Positions 51,333 to 59,643 of a stretch of 64,000 nucleotides of DNA are shown here, one piece after another. The translations under genes were made by a program, and so were the position numbers. The stretch comes from an archaeon GW2011_AR15 (GTDB lineage: Archaea > Nanobdellota > Nanobdellia > Woesearchaeales > GW2011-AR15). The stretch lies in assembly GCA_000830295.1 (NCBI GenBank), contig CP010425.1, positions 1,024,001-1,088,000 on the forward strand, given 5' to 3'. Each line of letters opens with the position of its first letter. Position 1 is the stretch's first letter. Under the pieces are notes generated by a model. It ran no database searches, was not told the DNA's origin, and saw only the letters and a program-made list of their open reading frames with translations.

Positions 51333-51423
51333 CATTCTCAGAGGGAAATCAGGGTGCGACTCCCTGGCTGTGCCGCAACCGTAAAGCCGGAAAACCAAAT
51401 TCCTTCGTGCAAGGGTGAGAAAA
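51333..51423 (+). ncRNA. Cobalamin-riboswitch-like 5' leader (compact class II-like)
   Basis: AGGGAA-ATCAGGG TGCGACT CCCTG-GCTGTGCCGCAACCGTAA-AGCCGGAAAACC matches the Cbl core order. Confidence 0.6.
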
Positions 51424-51762
51424 ATGGATAAGAGAAAAGCAGTTCTTAGCAAAAATGTTGAGATAATTGAGGGAAGCTATCATCCCATCAAAGACTGGGT
51501 CATGGACCCGAAAGGATATTTTCTGATAAGGGTTAACAGGAAAAAGAGGCTGCTGGAGCTGGGATACTGCAGAAAAGATAATGTTATTGAGGTCATGATT
51601 CTGGGAAAGACACCGCAGGAAGTCTATTTCAATGCCTGCGAGAAAGGCCTGCTCTCAAGGCTGGATCATGCTGCGTATCTTGGAAAAGAGCTTGAGAAAG
51701 CATATCTTGCAATGAAATACAATCTTGACTATGTGCAGGATGAGGAGCTTAAGATTGGCTAG
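51424..51762 (+). CDS. DUF4346 domain protein
   Basis: DPKGYFLI, SRLDHAAYLGKELEKA, YVQD. Confidence 0.88.
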   Translation: MDKRKAVLSKNVEIIEGSYHPIKDWVMDPKGYFLIRVNRKKRLLELGYCRKDNVIEVMILGKTPQEVYFNACEKGLLSRLDHAAYLGKELEKAYLAMKYNLDYVQDEELKIG

Positions 51763-52210
51763 CAGGGAGGTAATATTCTTTCCCGTCAAATTTTGCAAAG
51801 GGGAGCTTTCCGTTTAGATAGCCCTCATATTCCTGCTGTGGCATTCGCCTCATTAACAGTTTATCAGCTATATCTGTTGAATCTATCAGAAAAACAATAT
51901 AATGCTCAGGGAAATTAGAGCAGATATAATCCATAATCTTCCCCGACAATTCTTCTCCCTGAGCAGCAAAATTTCTTATGGCTTCATTTCTTTCTTTCAT
52001 GCCTAGTTTCTTATCCTTGTAGATAACCATAACCATGAATGTTAGAGTATCTAAAGAAAATCTTTCATTGTTCAACATCAGTTGGTAATCCTGATGAGTC
52101 AGTGAAGAAATATCAATGCGGGAGTTTAATCTCTTTGCTGAATCTAGGTTATTCTTTATAACCAGAAACTCTGCTTCTAACCTTTCAATTGCTTTATCAA
52201 TGTCGGGCAT
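51749..52210 (-). CDS. Hypothetical protein
   Basis: 153-aa ORF. Confidence 0.55.
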   Translation of the reverse strand: MPDIDKAIERLEAEFLVIKNNLDSAKRLNSRIDISSLTHQDYQLMLNNERFSLDTLTFMVMVIYKDKKLGMKERNEAIRNFAAQGEELSGKIMDYICSNFPEHYIVFLIDSTDIADKLLMRRMPQQEYEGYLNGKLPFAKFDGKEYYLPASQS

Positions 52211-52381
52211 GTATAAAACTAAGAGGAGAACTTATTTAAAAATATTGCCAATAAATCTCCATTTTAAATTAACGATACATATCATTCGGAAATGGGTTTT
52301 TCATTCTCGGGAGAGCTGAATACCACGGATTCAGAACCTTCCAGTTTGTTTTATATTTAAATTATAATGCAAAAGAAAAAA

Positions 52382-54328
52382 TCAGAGCTCAAACTTAAGC
52401 TCTTTGTTATTTATATTCTCTTTCAGTTTTTTTACCAGGAGTTCAGGCTTAACCCCAAACTTAACCTGACCGTCAAGAGTCCTGAGAGCAACAGTATCAT
52501 TTTCAACTTCCTTCTCTCCGATTGTAAGCATTATAGGTATTTTCCTGAGCTGGGCTTCCCTGACTTTCTTTGGTATTGATTCTGCCCTGTTGTCAAGCTC
52601 TACCCTGATGCCTGCTTCCTCAAATTCCTTTCTCAGCTTTTCTCCGTGTTTCTCCATTTTCTGTGAGATTGTCATTATAACAACCTGCACTGGTGAAAGC
52701 CAGACAGGGAACTTTCCTGCAAAATGCTCTATAAGGAAACCAATGAACCTCTCATGTGTCCCAAGCGGAGCCCTGTGGATTATTACAGGAGTGTGCTCTT
52801 TGCCGTCTTCTCCTGCATATTTCAGCTTAAATTTCTCTCCCATGAACAGGTCAATCTGGTTTGTGGAGGCTGTGAATTCCCTTCCAATAACTGACTTTAT
52901 CTGGAAGTCAATTTTTGGGCCGTAAAAGGCCGCTCCGCCTTTTTCTACCTTAAATTTGACTCCTGATTTTTTCATGGCCTTCATCATAAGCTCTTCAGCT
53001 TCTCTCCACATTTTTTCATGACCATGATATTTATCACTGTTAAGGTCCCTTAATGCCAGCTCCATAGAATAGTCTGTTATTCCAAGTTTCTTGTAATAGT
53101 ACTCATGCAGCTTTATCACATCAATGAATTCGTCAACAGCCTGCTCTTTTGTACAGTAGATGTGGGCATCATTCATATCCATGCCTCTTACCCTCATAAG
53201 CCCTGTGATTGCTCCGGACTGCTCATACCTGTGGCATGTACCGTATTCAGCCAGCCTTAATGGCAAATCCCTGTATGACCTTGTCCTTGCTGCAAAAATC
53301 TTGTGGTGGAAAGGGCAGTTCATCGGCTTGATATAGTATTTCTCACCGTCAATATCCATAGGGCTGAACATGGATTCCTTATAATGCGGGAGGTGCTCTG
53401 ATGTGTGGAAAAGCCCTTCTTTTGTTATTATAGGGGTTGTCACGCGCTTGTACCCCCATTTCTTTTCAGTTTCTTTTGCCCAGTTCTCAAGCTCTTCCTT
53501 GATTATGTTCCCGTTTGGAAGCCATAGCACCAGTCCCGGCCCTATATCCTCATCAATCTCAAAAATGTCCAGCTCTTTTCCCAGTTTCCTGTGGTCCCTT
53601 TTTTCAGCTTCAGCAAGCATCTCAAGGTGCCTGTTCAACTCTTTCCTGTCCTGGAAAGCAATTCCATAGATTCTCTGGAGCTGCTTGTTTTTTGAGTCCC
53701 CTCTCCAGTATGCGCTTGCCAGGCTCAAAAGCTTGATATGGCCGATCTTGCCTGTCGAAGAAACATGGGGTCCTCTGCACAGGTCGACAAAATCTTTTCC
53801 TGTCCAGTAAACAGTAACTTTTTCCCCTTTTTCTTTTATTTCAGAAAGCCATTCTTCCTTGTACTTGTTGCCCTTGAAAAGTTTCTTTGCCTCATCCAGT
53901 GAAATCTCTTTCCTTACAATAGGAAGATCCTGATTAACCAGCTTAGCCATCTCTTCTTCTATCTTCTTGAAATCATCCGGAGTGAATTTTTTTGATGAAT
54001 CAAAATCAAAATAGAATCCTTCTTCTGTCGCTGGGCCCATCGCCATCTCTATTTTACCTGGCCAGAGATTCATCATTGCATGTGTAAGGACGTGCTCTGC
54101 TGAATGCCAGAGTGCTTTCTTGCCTTCCTGGTCCTTAAAAGTAAGTATGCTTATGCCTGCGTCGTTATTCATTGGCCTTCCAAGGTCCCATACTTCACCA
54201 TTGACCTTAACTGCAAGGGCTGCTTTTGCTAGGCCTGTTCCAATAGATTCTGCTATTTCCTGTCCTGTAACTCCTTTTCTGTATTCCCTTTTTGATCCGT
54301 CTGGAAGCTGAATTTTTATGATTGGCAT
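52382..54328 (-). CDS. thrS: Threonine--tRNA ligase, bacterial type
   Basis: N-terminal TGS, HSAEH..DLCRGPH editing domain, RDHRKLG, KPMNCP, AFYGPKID. Confidence 0.97.
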   Translation of the reverse strand: MPIIKIQLPDGSKREYRKGVTGQEIAESIGTGLAKAALAVKVNGEVWDLGRPMNNDAGISILTFKDQEGKKALWHSAEHVLTHAMMNLWPGKIEMAMGPATEEGFYFDFDSSKKFTPDDFKKIEEEMAKLVNQDLPIVRKEISLDEAKKLFKGNKYKEEWLSEIKEKGEKVTVYWTGKDFVDLCRGPHVSSTGKIGHIKLLSLASAYWRGDSKNKQLQRIYGIAFQDRKELNRHLEMLAEAEKRDHRKLGKELDIFEIDEDIGPGLVLWLPNGNIIKEELENWAKETEKKWGYKRVTTPIITKEGLFHTSEHLPHYKESMFSPMDIDGEKYYIKPMNCPFHHKIFAARTRSYRDLPLRLAEYGTCHRYEQSGAITGLMRVRGMDMNDAHIYCTKEQAVDEFIDVIKLHEYYYKKLGITDYSMELALRDLNSDKYHGHEKMWREAEELMMKAMKKSGVKFKVEKGGAAFYGPKIDFQIKSVIGREFTASTNQIDLFMGEKFKLKYAGEDGKEHTPVIIHRAPLGTHERFIGFLIEHFAGKFPVWLSPVQVVIMTISQKMEKHGEKLRKEFEEAGIRVELDNRAESIPKKVREAQLRKIPIMLTIGEKEVENDTVALRTLDGQVKFGVKPELLVKKLKENINNKELKFEL

Positions 54329-54483
54329 GTGAATATCACCTTTTGAGTTTATTAAACAAAAAGCAAGTATAAATATTTAACCACTGAGAGAATTAGTACG
54401 TTGCCGTTCTTGGCATAAGAATTAAGTGCAGGTAATCTAATAGATTGTTTGCTATCATGGGCCTAGATAAGCCTGTCTTATAT

Positions 54484-54705
54484 TTAAAATTTATGGCTAA
54501 AAAAATTATAGAGCAGAAAAAGCAGGCTCAGCACAATGCTGATAAGTATTGATGTTGTAAGGGGAAAGTAAAACCTGAAATTCTCTTTTTCTATCTTTAT
54601 ATCTCCTGGAAGTGAGCCCAATCCAAGCTTGCTGCCGAACTGCCAGAGCAATCCTGCAAGAATCAAAGCAATTCCTGCAATTATAAGAATGTTCGGGAGC
54701 TCCAT
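54484..54705 (-). CDS. DUF2905 small membrane protein
   Basis: GLGSLPGDI....NFRFYFPLTTSILISI. Confidence 0.85.
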   Translation of the reverse strand: MELPNILIIAGIALILAGLLWQFGSKLGLGSLPGDIKIEKENFRFYFPLTTSILISIVLSLLFLLYNFFSHKF

Positions 54706-54716
54706 TTTGAAAAAAC

Positions 54717-54768
54717 TGCCTCGGCCGATATCCTCATTGCTCATTCGGAAACCTGCCAGGCAATAAAC
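54717..54768 (-). repeat. Second copy of the 52-bp tRNA-Glu downstream element
   Basis: Identical to 22573-22624. Confidence 0.9.
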
Positions 54769-54884
54769 TGCCTCGGCCGGGATTTGAACCCGGGTCCCAG
54801 CATATCTTCCGTGAAGATGCCAGAGAATGCTGGCATTCTTGCGTCGAAAGTGCTGGATGATTGGCCGGACTACACCACCGAGGC
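54769..54884 (-). tRNA. tRNA-Glu(UUC) with 41-nt intron (54804-54844)
   Basis: GCCTCGG/CCGAGGC acceptor, CAGCA/TGCTG stem, TTC anticodon. Confidence 0.9.
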
Positions 54885-55112
54885 TTATGTTTTATGACGT
54901 GCTGTTAAGTAAGTCTGATGAATTTTTACATGGTTTATAAAAGTTGCTGAAATAAAAATTGTGTATTACTCTATCTTAAAAACCACTAAACCAATAATGT
55001 TTTCGAAAGATTTATAAATACTAAACTCCAGAAATATACTATTCGGGGGTGTAACCAGTAGGTTGCACTATCTAATCCGAGTTATGCAAATCAAAAAAAA
55101 GAGGTAACAAAA

Positions 55113-55619
55113 ATGAGAATCACAAAGGAAATATTAACGAAAACAACTGAAGAGGCCATAGGAGAGGATGCCATTCCACTGGTCTTCAAGCTTAAAGGCA
55201 GGGAAAACATCTCAGAATTCAAGCTGGCTGATGAGCTTAAAGTAGATGTCCATCTTGTAAGGAATATCCTGTACAGGCTTAATAACTTCCATCTTGCCAC
55301 ATACATGAGGAAAAAGGACAGGCAGAAAGGATGGTATATAAGCTACTGGACTCTCAATACAAAGAGATTTACGGAAGTCTATGAGAAGCTTCAGGTCAAC
55401 AGGCTTGAAAACCTTAAAGAGAAGCTAAAGAAAGAGCAGGAATACAGGGAAGGTCTGTATATCTGCCCAAATTTATGCACAAGGATGAACTTCGAAAAAG
55501 CCATGGAAAACAACTATAAGTGCCCTGAATGCGGCTCCATACTTAATCCGCAGGATAATTCAAGGACAATCGAGCATCTCAAGAGCATGATTGCAGAGAT
55601 GGAAGAAGTAAGTGCATAA
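55113..55619 (+). CDS. tfe: Transcription factor E alpha
   Basis: wHTH with VRNILYRL, GWYISYW, Zn ribbon CPN..CPECG. Confidence 0.92.
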   Translation: MRITKEILTKTTEEAIGEDAIPLVFKLKGRENISEFKLADELKVDVHLVRNILYRLNNFHLATYMRKKDRQKGWYISYWTLNTKRFTEVYEKLQVNRLENLKEKLKKEQEYREGLYICPNLCTRMNFEKAMENNYKCPECGSILNPQDNSRTIEHLKSMIAEMEEVSA

Positions 55620-55822
55620 GCATTCCTTTTTCTTTTTATTACTCTTTAATTACATCAAAAAGCAAGCTTTAAATATAAAATGCTATTACCCTTTTTCTAT
55701 GCAAACAGGTCTTAACCCTATACTTCCGCCCCCTGTAATGTAATCATTGGCTTCTTACATCTTTAATGTTTTGTTTTGAAATTAGGATTTTTGCAATAAA
55801 GATTAAGCCAGAGCTGTACAAA

Positions 55823-56284
55823 ATGAAAACCGCAATAACGCATGAGGAACTGAAGCTGCTGATTTACCTCAGATTAAACTCAAGGGAAAAGCTCACTAAG
55901 CTTTCAAGAATAACACAAATCCCAGTGTCCACAATCCATGAAAAGCTCAGGCAGTTCAGTGAGGGGATTATAAGAAAGCACACAATAATCCTTAATTCTG
56001 AGGTTCTCGGCTATCCTATAAAAACCCATTCTGTCATAAAAGCTGATTCTTCTTCAAAGCAAAGTCTTGGTGAATTTCTGAAAAAACACGATAGCGTAAA
56101 CAATCTCTATAAAGTCAATAATGGCTTTGACTATGTATTTGATGCATATTTTAAGGGCCTGAACGATGCAGAAGGGTTTTTTGATATTCTGGAGGAGAAG
56201 CACAAGGTAAAGAAGATAGAGACACATTATATACTTGATGAACTGAAGAGGGAAGGGTTCCTGAACAGGGAAGAAGTTATATAA
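55823..56284 (+). CDS. Lrp/AsnC family regulator
   Basis: N-terminal HTH (NSREKLTKLSRITQIPVSTIHEKL) and RAM domain with GFDY. Confidence 0.85.
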   Translation: MKTAITHEELKLLIYLRLNSREKLTKLSRITQIPVSTIHEKLRQFSEGIIRKHTIILNSEVLGYPIKTHSVIKADSSSKQSLGEFLKKHDSVNNLYKVNNGFDYVFDAYFKGLNDAEGFFDILEEKHKVKKIETHYILDELKREGFLNREEVI

Positions 56285-56286
56285 AC

Positions 56287-56373
56287 TGCGTCCGCCGGGA
56301 TTCGAACCCGGACACCCGGCTGTCTTTGCATAGGCTTGGAAGGCCGGAGTCATAGCCATTAGACCACAGACGC
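56287..56373 (-). tRNA. tRNA-Gly(UCC) with 15-nt intron (56322-56336)
   Basis: GCGTCTG/CGGACGC acceptor, CCGGC/GCCGG stem, TCC anticodon. Confidence 0.92.
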
Positions 56374-56488
56374 ACAGGAGGTATAGAAAAATAAATCGTT
56401 TATTAATCTTATTGAAAATCACAGCCAAATCTGGTGTGAATTTTTATTATCATAATGTTTATAAACTGACTGAATTTTCTTAGGCTCA

Positions 56489-56683
56489 ATGGGGCGTATA
56501 AAAACCAAAGCAGTGAAAAGAATCACTATGGAACTGGTTGAGAATCATTTCAGCGAGTTCAGTGAGGATTTCAACAAAAACAAAGGCATTGTAGAGATGC
56601 ATACAGACATCCCATCAAAGAAGCTCAGAAACATAATCACGGGGTATGTTACCAGGCTTGTCAAGTCCAGGGAAACACTCTAG
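56489..56683 (+). CDS. rps17e: 30S ribosomal protein S17e
   Basis: MGRIKT..VKR, DFNKNK, SKKLRN.I.GYVT. Confidence 0.96.
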   Translation: MGRIKTKAVKRITMELVENHFSEFSEDFNKNKGIVEMHTDIPSKKLRNIITGYVTRLVKSRETL

Positions 56684-56694
56684 GGTGATCAGAA

Positions 56695-56985
56695 ATGACA
56701 GAAAAGGATAATAGTATTTTTATCGGCGATAAGCCTTTTATGAACTATGTTACAGGTGTAGTGATGCAGTTTACAACCAAGAATGCTGATGAAGTCATAG
56801 TCAAGGCACGTGGGAAGTTCATTGCGCGGGCAGTGGATGTTTCAGAGGTTGCATCCAAGAGATTTCTGAAAGAAAATGTCAAGGTAAAGGACGTAAAGAT
56901 TGATTCCGAGGAATTTGAGAACAAGGAAGGGAAGCAGGTAAGGGTTTCCACAATCGAGATTATCCTTGTAAAAAGCAGCAAATAG
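56695..56985 (+). CDS. albA: DNA/RNA-binding protein Alba
   Basis: IGDKPFMNYV, VKARG..I.RAVDV, VSTIEI. Confidence 0.95.
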   Translation: MTEKDNSIFIGDKPFMNYVTGVVMQFTTKNADEVIVKARGKFIARAVDVSEVASKRFLKENVKVKDVKIDSEEFENKEGKQVRVSTIEIILVKSSK

Positions 56986-57044
56986 ATTTTTTCTTGATGA
57001 TATTAGTATAAACAAATTTATACTAGTTTATTTTTTAATTTCTT

Positions 57045-57118
57045 GGGCCTGTGGTGTAACCTGGATAGCACGTCTGGCTTCGGACCAGGAAATCGGGGTT
57101 CAAATCCTCGCAGGCTCA
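57045..57118 (+). tRNA. tRNA-Arg(UCG), intronless
   Basis: GGGCCTG/CAGGCTC acceptor, TCTGG/CCAGG stem, TCG anticodon. Confidence 0.92.
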
Positions 57119-57164
57119 TCATTATTTAACAATATTTTTAAACGATGTTCTTTTCTCTCATTGT

Positions 57165-58598
57165 ATGGAAAATATCAAGCTCAGGAAGATCAATGATGTA
57201 ACCTGGGAAATCCCTAAAGAAGGGGATATGAATGTTTCAGGAAGGATTTTCGTAAGTGAGAAACTTCTTGAGCTGATTAAAGAGGACAAGTCAATCCAGC
57301 AGGTAAAGAACGTGGCTGCAATGCCTGGCATCCTTAAGCATTCATTTGCAATGCCGGATATGCACATGGGATATGGATTTTCAATAGGTGGAGTTGCTGC
57401 CTTTGATTCTGAAACTGGCATAATAACACCTGGAGGGATAGGTTTTGATATAAACTGCGGTGTCAGGGTGCTTGCATCAAACCTCGGAAAAGAGGAGGTG
57501 CAGAAAAAGATTGATGAGCTTCTTGACCAGCTTTTCAAGAGGGTGCCTTGCGGTGTCGGCAGGGATTCGGAGATAAAGCTTGATGACAAGGAGCTTGAGC
57601 AGGTCATGCTGAAGGGTGCTAAGTGGGCAGTTGAAAAGGGATATGGGAACAAAGAAGACCTGCTGCACTGCGAATCAAACGGAGCGCTTGACTGGCCGAA
57701 TCCGGGCAAAGTGAGCCAGAAAGCAAAGGCAAGGGGAAGAAAGCAGCTCGGGACGCTTGGGGCAGGCAACCATTTCCTGGAGATACAATTTGTAGATGAG
57801 ATATATCAGCCTGAAGTTGCCAAAAAATTCGGCATAAAGGAAAAGGGGCAAGTTGTTGTTATGATACACTGCGGAAGCAGGGGATTTGGCCACCAGATAT
57901 GTACAGATTATCTTAGAAAGATGGAGGATGAATATGCAAGCCTGATTGCAAAGCTTCCTGAAAAAGACCTTGCTTATGCGCCTTTCAAATCAAAGATCGG
58001 GCAGGACTACTTCGGGGCAATGGCATGCGCTGCAAATTTTGCCTGGGCAAACAGGCACATAATAGGCCACCAGATAAGGGAATCATTCAAGAGGTTGTTT
58101 GAAAAGGCTGAATTAAAGACTGTTTATGATGTCGCGCATAACATAGCCAAGATAGAAGAGCATGAAGTGGCTGGAAAAAAGCAGAAAGTTATAGTCCACA
58201 GGAAGGGCGCAACAAGATGCTTTCCTGCAAATCACCCTGAAATACCCGAGGCATACAGGGAAGTCGGCCATCCTGTGCTTATACCGGGCAGCATGGGAAC
58301 TGCATCTTACATCCTTGTGGGAATGCCAGGAACAATGGATATTGCATTCGGAAGCACTGCCCATGGTGCAGGGAGGATAATGTCAAGGAAGCAGGCAAAC
58401 CAGATGTTTACTGGAGAATCTGTAAAAAAAGAGCTTATGGGAAAAAATATCCATGTCAAAAGCGCTTCCTGGAGAGGTGTTTCAGAAGAGGCCCCCGGAG
58501 TCTACAAGGATATTGATGAAGTAATCAAGGTTACAGAAAAAGCAGGCATCAGCAGGGCTGTGGCAAGATTAAGGCCTATGGGTGTAATCAAAGGATAG
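57165..58598 (+). CDS. rtcB: RNA-splicing ligase RtcB
   Basis: MPD.H.GYGF.IGGV, GFDINCG, GNHFLE, HRKGAT, HGAGR, EEAP..YK. Confidence 0.97.
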   Translation: MENIKLRKINDVTWEIPKEGDMNVSGRIFVSEKLLELIKEDKSIQQVKNVAAMPGILKHSFAMPDMHMGYGFSIGGVAAFDSETGIITPGGIGFDINCGVRVLASNLGKEEVQKKIDELLDQLFKRVPCGVGRDSEIKLDDKELEQVMLKGAKWAVEKGYGNKEDLLHCESNGALDWPNPGKVSQKAKARGRKQLGTLGAGNHFLEIQFVDEIYQPEVAKKFGIKEKGQVVVMIHCGSRGFGHQICTDYLRKMEDEYASLIAKLPEKDLAYAPFKSKIGQDYFGAMACAANFAWANRHIIGHQIRESFKRLFEKAELKTVYDVAHNIAKIEEHEVAGKKQKVIVHRKGATRCFPANHPEIPEAYREVGHPVLIPGSMGTASYILVGMPGTMDIAFGSTAHGAGRIMSRKQANQMFTGESVKKELMGKNIHVKSASWRGVSEEAPGVYKDIDEVIKVTEKAGISRAVARLRPMGVIKG

Positions 58599-58756
58599 GG
58601 ACATTGTCCTGTCCGTTGTATTAGCAAGCATACCCTTCTATATAATTCATACTACCCGGTAACTAAATTATCCGAAAACATTCCGGAATTTTACAAAATA
58701 GCCATTTAAAACTGGTTTTTCTACAGTATGCAAAAGGGGTATTGGAGGTAATCAAA

Positions 58757-59188
58757 ATGGAAAAGCCAATATATGTAACTGTAGATGTGGGGAGTTATCA
58801 GGATAACCTTGTGAAAAGAGTAAGCGAGGACTATAAGAGCAAAACATTCGGCGAACTGCTTGAACATCTTACTAACAATGGTCCTGATGAATTAAATGAA
58901 CTCGGGTATAATGCAAATGAAAAAGCAGTTGCTGAGATACTCGGACACAGGCTGTCAGAGGCAAACAGGAATCCTGGAAATGTCAATATATATGCAATAT
59001 CAAATACAGAGCCGCCTGAGGAGATACATGTCAGCCTTTCAGATATAGTCTCTGATTACAACACCAGGATTATAAAGTATGATACAGAGCTCGGAGAAGG
59101 AGGAGAGGAGCTAAAATACCAGAGAATGGATTTTCTTGTGGTTGAGAATGCATCAGGAGGCCTGAAATGGCAAGCCTACAAAGTATAG
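58757..59188 (+). CDS. Hypothetical protein
   Basis: GGAGGT SD before ATG at 58757; ends ...FLVVENASGGLKWQAYKV. Confidence 0.7.
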   Translation: MEKPIYVTVDVGSYQDNLVKRVSEDYKSKTFGELLEHLTNNGPDELNELGYNANEKAVAEILGHRLSEANRNPGNVNIYAISNTEPPEEIHVSLSDIVSDYNTRIIKYDTELGEGGEELKYQRMDFLVVENASGGLKWQAYKV

Positions 59189-59643
59189 CTGCGAGAGGAT
59201 TGACTGCTGGAATACTGGCACTAACCGCCACAGCATGCTCTCTCACAGACGCAAAGCTTGAAGTTATAGATAATCTCTACCAGAGCCTTCCTCAGGAAAA
59301 CCGAAATGAATATGCAGCAGCCATGTTCCTGGATACAGACTACGATACACAGATTACAACGATAAAAGACATTGTTGACAACGGAGAGCTGCAGAGCAGC
59401 GACAATGCATATATAGGCGATAGTGTGCTGATGCATCTTATGCCTGAAGAAAGGACTGCAGTAATGGAGGCGATTATGGATAAATCAGACTATAACGTGC
59501 AGAGAGAACTTACTTTTTACGGAATTGAAAAACTGGATACCGGGGATTTATTCCAGGCCGTGGCAAATTCAGGGGTAAACATATTGAGTGAATTTGGGAA
59601 GAAAGTGAAAGATGCCTACCAGTCTCTCTTCGGAGGAGACTAG
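59167..59643 (+). CDS. Putative lipoprotein
   Basis: Signal peptide ending ILALTATA|C at residue 24. Confidence 0.6.
   Translation: MASLQSIAARGLTAGILALTATACSLTDAKLEVIDNLYQSLPQENRNEYAAAMFLDTDYDTQITTIKDIVDNGELQSSDNAYIGDSVLMHLMPEERTAVMEAIMDKSDYNVQRELTFYGIEKLDTGDLFQAVANSGVNILSEFGKKVKDAYQSLFGGD

Noticed and set aside
51335-51420. RNase P or SRP RNA interpretation of the structured leader
   Set aside because: Too short, and lacks the P4 3' strand and SRP helix 8 motif; the cobalamin-type core fits better
54395-54480. Possible pseudoknot TGCC-GTTCTT-GGCA-T-AAGAA between thrS and DUF2905
   Set aside because: Stems are only 4-5 bp and could be chance; no supporting family resemblance
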